DNA of 64,000 bases, from positions 11,643,190-11,707,189 of the forward strand of contig NC_085846.1 in assembly GCF_035594765.1 (NCBI RefSeq), written 5' to 3'. The notes under the pieces are model-generated. The model made no database searches, was not told the origin of the DNA, and was given only the letters and a program-made list of their open reading frames with translations. The position numbers and the translations under genes are program-made. This document shows, in pieces, positions 56,624 to 64,000 of the stretch. The stretch is from Anolis carolinensis (Eukaryota). The stretch's first letter is position 1. The number at the start of each line of letters is the position of its first letter.

Positions 56624-58240
56624 CTGGCAAAGGAAAGAGAAAGAACGAATCAGGGAAGAAACTGGTATGCATTTATTTATCTATTGACATAGTAAATTTT
56701 CAGCCTCTCCGTGACCCAAAAAACCTGAAAGCTTAAGGTTGCTGAACTAAAGTGTGAAAATGCTTGGTACTATTGTGGCTCAGCAAGCGGCAGGGGATTT
56801 TTCTGATGTTTCAGAGGATGAAACAAAGTGAAGAGTCTGCTAGTAATCAGAGAGAATTGCAGGCTGAAGAAGCTGTTGTTTGGGATTCCTGTGCTCGTTC
56901 CCAGACAACAAAAAGTGAAGATTTCAGTTCTCTTGTGAAACAGCCTTTGGCTGATGGGAAATTTTCTCAAGCAGCCAAATTAGGTTTGAGAATGGAGAGA
57001 GTAAAAAATAGACTAATTAGATGTTCTGAGAGAATCTGTGAAAAGTCCTTGAAGCCCAGGTGTGTTCGGCATGATCTCATGGCTTCCTGGTCGGGCTTAA
57101 ATTAAGTGGTGTTTACTCTGTGCCTCTTAGAGGAGACAACGTTTCCTGTCTTGGCTCTCAAGTTCATGATTCAAGTTTCCTCTTTTTGCCTATATTTCTT
57201 GAAGAGTTTGCCTTGGAAAAGGTTCCTGTTTTCATGCTTATGGATTTATGTTTGAGATTTTGGCTTCACTGATTTCCTGTACTTTGACATTCTTAGATTG
57301 CTGCTATTTTGTATTTTTTACTCTACTACACTTTTGGGAAATGCCCTTTTTCCCCTTTGCACATGCTTTTCTTAATAAACTTTTGTAGATAGTACTACTG
57401 AACTCTGGTGTGGTGATGGGTGAAAAGGCATCTCAAGGCTTGTGCAACAGATACCTCATCTAGAAGTCAACGAGGGGAGAAGGTTTTGTTAAATAATTTT
57501 TATATAAGAAAAATGCAAAGTAAAACACAAAACAGATATTTTAGTCATATAAAACTATCAAAGCTACACAACTAGATTACAAATAAAAAACAGGGGTTTT
57601 TAAAGAAAAAATCTGCAAACTTCCCACTATCTATCTGATGGTTGTTTCCCCTTATTAAGCTATTCTCTTTTTTTTAAAAAATAATGTAATCACCCTTCCA
57701 TTTAAGACAACATTTTACTTTTTTAATGGAACCCACAATTATCCCTCCATTTATGTAAAAAAAATCATTTCTCTAAAGTGCTCGTATATAATATTGTATA
57801 TAAGTCTACAAGAGTACTGAGGCAATGGAGAACACAGACCAAAATCCTAGATCTGGGAGAAGTAGCATGAACTTCCACTGGGCAAATATATGTCACATCT
57901 TCTCTCACACTGCTCATCCCAAACTCAATGGACATCAAAGATGGCAGGGAAGACTCCAGCTATATTCATGTTACTGAACATAAAGTAAAAGGCATTCTTA
58001 GTGAATGGGTTAATGGTCCTCCAGACGTCCCGGAGGCTGATGTTATTTATACATTCAGGTAGCAATAGGAGCAAGCAACATCACTTTGACGATCTCTGCC
58101 AGACAATAAGTGTTTGTTAGCCTTCTTCTATGAAGACAAGTCACCCCACTTCCATATTTCTTACTTGCACATGTGACTCCCGGTGTCTCCTCTTCCTCCA
58201 AAACTTTAGAGTCACATGCTTTCTCCTTTGTTCCTGGCAT
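53451..58240 (-). CDS. ZNF629: ZNF629-like C2H2 zinc-finger protein; join(58240-58165,56623-53451), about 1082 aa
   Basis: 13 tandem canonical fingers whose recognition helices (QWSK, QSSH, WSSN, QSTN, RSSD, QSAN, QSSE, HGAT, LSSA, LASN, MSST, RSSH, QSSN) follow the order I recall for human ZNF629, including the unusual GERPNTC linker; further scattered or degenerate fingers. Acceptor ccag|GT GAT GGT at 56623, phase 1. Confidence 0.75.
56771..57449 (+). mobile_element. Solo LTR (Gypsy-like)
   Basis: TaTTG...CAACA termini, AATAAA at about 57374, 5-bp TSD ggtac/gatac. Confidence 0.6.
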
Positions 58241-58266
58241 CTGGAAGGCAGCAGCAGGAGCCTTTT
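58165..58266 (-). CDS. ZNF629-like upstream exon (KRAB-B-like relic, ATG at 58240)
   Basis: ctag|AAAAGG...GCA A|gtaag; [25 protein letters not shown] in phase with the main exon. Confidence 0.6.
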
Positions 58267-58879
58267 CTAGGTAATTTGAAAATATGGCATTAAGAGTGGC
58301 CAAGCTAACAAAGGGTTCAGAACAACCTGAATTCTAATCCTATTTGGGTTGTCAACAGCTTTCACATCATGTTCTGGGGAGTATTGCAGTTCTTCAATTT
58401 AGGGGAGATTTGTAACAGTCAAGAAACGTGTCTGAAAGATACTACAGATTATCATCATCTTCCATAACACTTAGCCACAAGCCCACAGAGAGCATGGTAA
58501 GGCAGAGGGAAGACTTGCTCTCTCTCAGTTGCAGGATCAGCTGGTGCCTTGCACAGACTACATCTGAGCTCTATGCAGCAAACGTATGGGGCACCTGCAT
58601 CCTATCAACATGCAGAAGTTCAGAACAAGGCTTTTCCTCCAGTGCAGTAGTTTTAGTCTTTGTTCCTCTAGAAGTTTTGGACTTCAGCTGCCAGAAGACA
58701 CCTTGTCAGAGATTCGAGGAGGTCTGGGATGAAACATTCAGAGGACTGAAGGCTGAGAAGCACTCTAGTTGGCCAGTAGACATGAAAAAAATCCTGGAAA
58801 AATTACTGATTTCTCAAAGCCAGGAAAGTGGAAAAATCACCAATCTCTACTAAGCATTTGACTGCCTTTCTCTCTATAG

Positions 58880-58999
58880 CAGTGGTTCTCAACCTGGGGT
58901 CCCCAAATGTTTTTGGCCTTCAACTCCCAGAAATCCTAACAGTTGGCAAACTGGATGGGATTTCTGGGAGTTGTAGGCCAAAAACATCTGAGACCACTG
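58880..58999. mobile_element. Palindromic hAT MITE
   Basis: Perfect TSD ctctatag. Confidence 0.88.
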
Positions 59000-59069
59000 C
59001 TCTATAGTGAGTCTTTATGCCAGCAATGACTAAATCCAAGGTTTCAGCCTATGAGAAGAGCCTCTTTTG

Positions 59070-59097
59070 CTGCAAACCACTCTCCACTAGATGTCAC
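59070..59097 (+). promoter_or_regulatory. CTCF-like motif with upstream module
   Basis: CTGCAAACC-actct-CCACTAGATGTCAC. Confidence 0.4.
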
Positions 59098-59743
59098 TCC
59101 TCCTTTGAGGTGGCCACACAGTCACAAAGATAAGGGTTTATAGTACCAATTTCCTCCTCAGAAGCCCTGATCCAACTTTCCCTGAGCTTCAGGCATTTCG
59201 GGCTACAAGTCATAACCATTTACCATGCTGGCTAAGTATTGGAGTTAGAGTCCAAAACGTGTTATGGTTATCATTCTTCCACACACAGTAGAAGTGGTAA
59301 TCAAACAATCCATTAGTTGCTGTTGTACTGCAACTCCTAGCAGCCCTAGCCAACATTGCTCATGGTAAGAACCCTAGAAGTTGTAGTTCAACAACATCTG
59401 GAAAGACACATAATTCACAACCGTACAACATACCAACATGAGGTTTAAGGCTTTCTTTGTAGTCCATACATTCTGAGAGATCATGAGGCCTGGTTAACTA
59501 AAAGACCATCTTGTTGCCTATAAATGCCTCTAATAGCTGATGTCATCTGGAGAAGCCACCAGATGTGGCAACACATGCTCCTGAAGTCTACCTCATTCAA
59601 TATTTACCAATGGCATTCCCTACTAAGTGGAATCCTCTTCCTTTAGATATCAGCCTTACTGTCATGACAGTTTTTATCTTTTTGGATAGACTTGAAATTT
59701 GGATAGAGCCTAAAATCTAGACAGAAGTGACTTATGGACATAC

Positions 59744-59846
59744 ACAAAATGGTATCTGTTTCCAAGTTCTCCTGCATGGCTTTTTCCGTGTGCAAGCTCG
59801 CTGGATCCTCAGTCTACAGTGCTCCGGTAGGCAGCATCAACAGCAT
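59744..59846 (-). pseudogene. Decayed KRAB-A exon
   Basis: ttcag|...T|gtatgt, phase 0/1; MLLMLPTGAL*TEDPASLHTEKAMQENLETDTIL compared with KRAB-A LDPAQRALYRDVMxENYxxLxSL. Confidence 0.55.
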
Positions 59847-59916
59847 CTGAAACAAGAAAAGGTGTCACTATTGTTCCTTCGGTTGAAAAAAGGTTGGAAT
59901 AGCAGTCTACCTACAG

Positions 59917-60051
59917 CAGTGGTTCTCAACCTGGGATCCGCAGATGTTTAGGCCTACAACTCCCAGAAATCCCATCCAGTTTACCAGCTGTTAGGATTTC
60001 AGGGAGTTGAAGGCCAAAAATATTTGGGGACTCACAGGTTGAGAACCACTG
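59917..60051. mobile_element. Palindromic hAT MITE
   Basis: Perfect TSD acctacag. Confidence 0.9.
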
Positions 60052-61084
60052 ACCTACAGGAATGCCACATAGTGTTTCCAAAACAGGAATAATTATGGAA
60101 GACTAAGGAGGTGCATTAGACCTCAGGAGACCTTGGAGTGCCACATGTCTTCACTGTTCCTCTCCCTCCCCCCAAATCAAAACACTGTTGCCTCTAAATA
60201 CCCTTTTGGGGATGTGGTGGAATTCTTATCATGGTTTGGGGCCTTTCTGGGCCCTGGAGAGCATTTCAGACCATTCTAACTTATCCAAATGTTTATCTTG
60301 GCATCTCGTTTTGGTTCCAGCCAAGCATCTAGCAAAAACCCACAATGACCCAAGATGACACTTTTTGTTATGACTGCCTAGTAACTGCCAGAGTGGAAAC
60401 TGGAGAGGGTTTTTGTACCTATCATAGTTGAATGGAAGAGAGAATGAAATATTATGTTTTATGGGTCAGGGCCCTTGGGCAAAACAATAAAGGGAACTGG
60501 CCATAACCTCAGAATTGGCCTCTTCATGCCTTTTTTTCCTGCCTTTCCCTGCTGGGTTGCCAGAGTGAAAGCCGGAGAGGACTGCTTTACCTTTGATAGT
60601 TTTGTTCCATGCAAACAACATCTACTGAAACTCTATCTTCCATTAAACCATTAAAGATACCAGATCCGTTCCAGTTTTTACTTTGACAGCCTGAATTATT
60701 TCCTTTAGTTCCCATGAAATCCCTGCTATCAGGATATAGACTTTATTAAAGTATTGCATGTACAATGGCTTTTTTGCTTTGCTTAAAAAGTCTTCTGTCC
60801 TCTCCTCCTCAAAGTTAAATGCAAGGTTTTCCTAAGAAACATTCATCCGCCTCCTTTTAACCCTGTCTTTTCATTGCTGACTCAGTTTCAAACCTGTTTT
60901 GCCTGAGGCAAAGTCAAGAAGTAAGATCAGAAATGCAAGGCTGGAATGTGTGCCTCTGCTTTCAATGCCTAGGCCCTAGCTCATAGCTGCATCTGGGTTT
61001 TTCACTTCATAAAACAACTGAGACATAATCGTATAATCCTCCATAGAGGAGGTGTGGCATAGAAACTATACACAGATCAATATT

Positions 61085-61300
61085 AGTACAGATCGATCAA
61101 GTGCCAGTGCAGCAGTTTGAGCACTGGACTATGACTCTGGTGACCAGGTTTTGAATGCATGCACAGCCATGGAAACCCACTGGGTGACCTTGGACAAATC
61201 ACATTCTCTCAGCCTCAGAGGAAGGCAAAAACAAACCCCCTCTGAATAAATTTTGCCACAAAAACACCATGATAGGTTTGCCACAAGTTGTAAACAACTG
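61085..61300 (+). mobile_element. tRNA-derived CORE-like SINE; other copies at about 4060-4245, 32345-32510 and 41550-41745
   Basis: tRNA-like head followed by a ctgggtgaccttggacaaatcac core. Confidence 0.65.
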
Positions 61301-61375
61301 GAGACAGACAATTATTGTCAGATAGATCTCACCTGCCTGAAGTATTTGTAGAGAATACAAAATTATATCCCTATA

Positions 61376-61645
61376 GGTAAAGGTTTTCCTCTGACGTTAA
61401 GTCCAGTTATGTCTGTAGACACCTCCAAGGTAATGTGGCCGGTATGACTGCATGGAGCGCCGTTACCTTCCCGCCGGAGCGGTACCTATTGATCTACTCA
61501 CATTGGCATGTTTTTGAACTGCTTGGTTGGCAGAAGCTGGAGCTAACAGCGGCCGCTCCCGCCGCTCCCAGGGTTTGAACCTGGGACCTTTCGGTCTGCA
61601 AGTTCAGCAGCTCAGTGCTTTAACACACTTTGCCACCGGGGCTCC
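61376..61645 (-). mobile_element. Sauria SINE
   Basis: aggtaaaggt tail (ACCTTT on the minus strand), core and tRNA head. Confidence 0.85.
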
Positions 61646-61819
61646 CTATACACACACACACACATACATCTAGAAATATTGGTAAGCCCATTTCTAATGA
61701 GATTTCCCTTTGCAATTTAGACTTTTGCCGATTTGATTATTCAGGGATGTAATTAATATGTTATCTCTAAAAATCTCTTAGTCCTCTGGCACAAAATCTA
61801 ACAGAAGTTGACCATAAAG

Positions 61820-61938
61820 CAGGCATGAAGTCCAGGTGTTTTGGACCTCAACTCTTACAATTCTTAACAGCCAGGCTGTTAGGAATTATGGGAGTTGAAG
61901 TCCAAAACAACCGGAAGGTCGAAGTTTGCCCATGACTG
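61820..61938. mobile_element. Palindromic hAT MITE
   Basis: TSD ccataaag/ccatagag. Confidence 0.8.
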
Positions 61939-62426
61939 CCATAGAGTGATGCTGGAGAAACTAGATATTCCTAAAGGTGCACTCTTTGCTTAAAAAAAAT
62001 AGTATGTTTGTGGTTTTTCACTTTTGTGAGGATCCTGTGCCCTTAACTCCCAGAAAATGTAGAAGGCTGGCTGTACTGTTAAACTGAGCTTTTGTAACTG
62101 GGACGTGTTAGCAGCTGCTAACTCCCAGGGAGCCGAGTCCAGATACAAAGTCCTCCTCCCTGATTTCTTCATGCCTGGAAGCAAGACACACACTGAATTG
62201 ATGCTATCCTTACAACCCGGGCATGTTGTGGCACTGACACAATCTGCAGGGGTGAAAGGTGCAGAAGGAAAGAAAACCTGAGGTTAGTCAAGAGAGCAAA
62301 AAGACTTCAAATGGATAATGAACATCTACCCTTTGGAGGCTAGCTAATATCCAAGTGGAACACTGTTTTGATGTTAAAAGGTCTCCTTAGAAATATATTG
62401 CACACTGAATTATGTTCCCACTCTTA

Positions 62427-62752
62427 AGGTAAAGGCTTCCTTTTGACATTAAGTCTAATCAATTATGTCCGACTCTGAGGGGGGGGGGGTCATTTCCATT
62501 TCTAAGCCAAAGAGCCAGCGTTGTCTGTAGACACCTCCTAGATCATGTAGCCGTCATGACTGCATGGAACGCCATTACCTTCCAGCTGAAACAGTACCTA
62601 TTGATCTACTCACATTTGCATGTTTGCGAATTGCTAGGCTGGCAGAAGCTAACAGTGGGAGCTCACCCCGCTCCCTGGATTCAAACCACCGACCTTTCAG
62701 TCAGCAAGTTCAGCAGCTCAGTGGTTTAATCCGCTTCACCACCGGGGGCTCC
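62427..62752 (-). mobile_element. Sauria SINE
   Basis: Homologous to 61376-61645. Confidence 0.85.
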
Positions 62753-63296
62753 TACTCTTATATAAATATAAAACCACAAAGAAAACCTTATGCAAATTTG
62801 TGGGAAGTGAAAATGGACACAAAAGATTACATGGGTAGGATGGGAGAGGGATCTAAGAAGGTATGTGATTCTCACTGAAGCCGTTCCAAAGGTTATCCTG
62901 TTTTTGACAGGGTTTTTCCCCCACTTAGCTCCCCATTAACTTTTGGATCCTCTTCTGATGACATCCACATGCAGTCACTCCTCCTCAAATACTGCAACAC
63001 ATTCAGGTGCAGATTTCGAATAGGTATATATTAAAGGCATCACTTCATCTATTAACTATAATCCTTGGTAGAAGGAAGGTGAAAACCCACTTCTTAAACT
63101 ACAATCCTTATATATGTTTATTGTTTACCCAAAAGTAAGCCCAGGTAGACTCAGGGTGTACCTATGCTGTAGAATTTAATGCAGTTTGAAACCACTTTAA
63201 CTTTCATCATTCGATCTATGGAATCACAGAAATGTAATTTAATAAGGCACCTGCATTCTTTGGCACAGAAGGCTAAAGACCTTGTAAAACTATAAC

Positions 63297-63719
63297 ATCA
63301 GAAGAGCTGCAAGGCCAAGAACAAGCCATGAGAGTAAAGACAAAGATTGACCCAGAGGAAAAGTGTTCTTACCATACATCAAGGAAACTACTGACCGCAG
63401 AGGGAAGCCAATGAAGGAACACAACCTACAAACTATCTGCAGACCCACTAAAAAAATCCAACAAATGCTGCATTCAGCAAAGAACAAGAGGGATCTTCTT
63501 ATCTCTGCAGAAGTCTATCATATACCATGAAGCTGTGGACAAGTCTACATAGGGACCACTAAACGCAGTATCGCCCGAACAGGAATCAAGGAACATGAAA
63601 GGCACTGCAGACTCACTCAACCAGAGAAGTCAGCCATAGCAGAGCACTTGATGAACCAAGTCTTCTGCTATGGCTGACTTCTCTGGTTGAGTTAGTCTGC
63701 AGTGCCTTTCATGTTCCTT
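63297..63719 (+). mobile_element. Penelope-like element fragment (GIY-YIG) with terminal fold-back
   Basis: VFLPYIK...VYHIP*SCGQVYIGTTKRSIA...KEHERHCRL.QPEKSAIAEH. Confidence 0.85.
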
Positions 63720-64000
63720 AGTGGGTCTGGACAAAGCATATTACAGTAGAGTCTCCCTTATCCAACCTTCACTTATCCAACATTCTGTATTATCCAACAC
63801 ATTCTGCCGCCCACCCAGATCCGCAACTGTTTTTCTAGGCAGTAACACGCAGCAGGCCAACATGCCCAACAACAACACAAGTGTAGCCACGCTCTCAAAC
63901 AAGTGGCAGACTTGTTATAAAACATTATCCTTTGGTGCTTAATTTGTAAAATCATAACGTAATTTGACGTTTAATGGGTTTTTCCTTAATCCCTCCTTAT

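Noticed and set aside
62100-62244. Further upstream ZNF exon (WELAAANTSQ)
   Set aside because: The acceptor is plausible, but there is no GT donor at the expected position.

Overview
Vertebrate genomic DNA, most likely a squamate such as an Anolis lizard (Sauria-type SINEs, 5S-derived SINEs, Penelope-like elements, Helitron, hAT and Harbinger MITEs). There are five host genes, all on the minus strand: a single-exon class II olfactory receptor (2694-3665), a 6-exon RING/degenerate B-box/coiled-coil/PRY-SPRY TRIM of the TRIM69/A33/XNF7-like group (7099-13103, 488 aa), MAPK7/ERK5 (29653-36100, 6 coding exons, 908 aa), a 15-finger C2H2 gene (43745-45895) and a ZNF629-like C2H2 gene (53451-58240) with decayed KRAB exons. 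The most striking object is a 4.67 kb non-autonomous endogenous retrovirus (14553-19220). It has two 404-bp LTRs identical by eye, a perfect tRNA-Trp PBS, non-canonical TA...CA termini, a 4-bp TSD, and only a gag N-terminal stub and an env tail. Its U3 carries a GAS+ISRE pair, and it sits about 450 bp from the native ISRE upstream of the TRIM gene. Also present: minimal hammerhead ribozyme relics and a higher-order tandem array from Penelope elements beside the MAPK7 promoter. All alignments and family assignments were made by eye or from memory; no searches were run.
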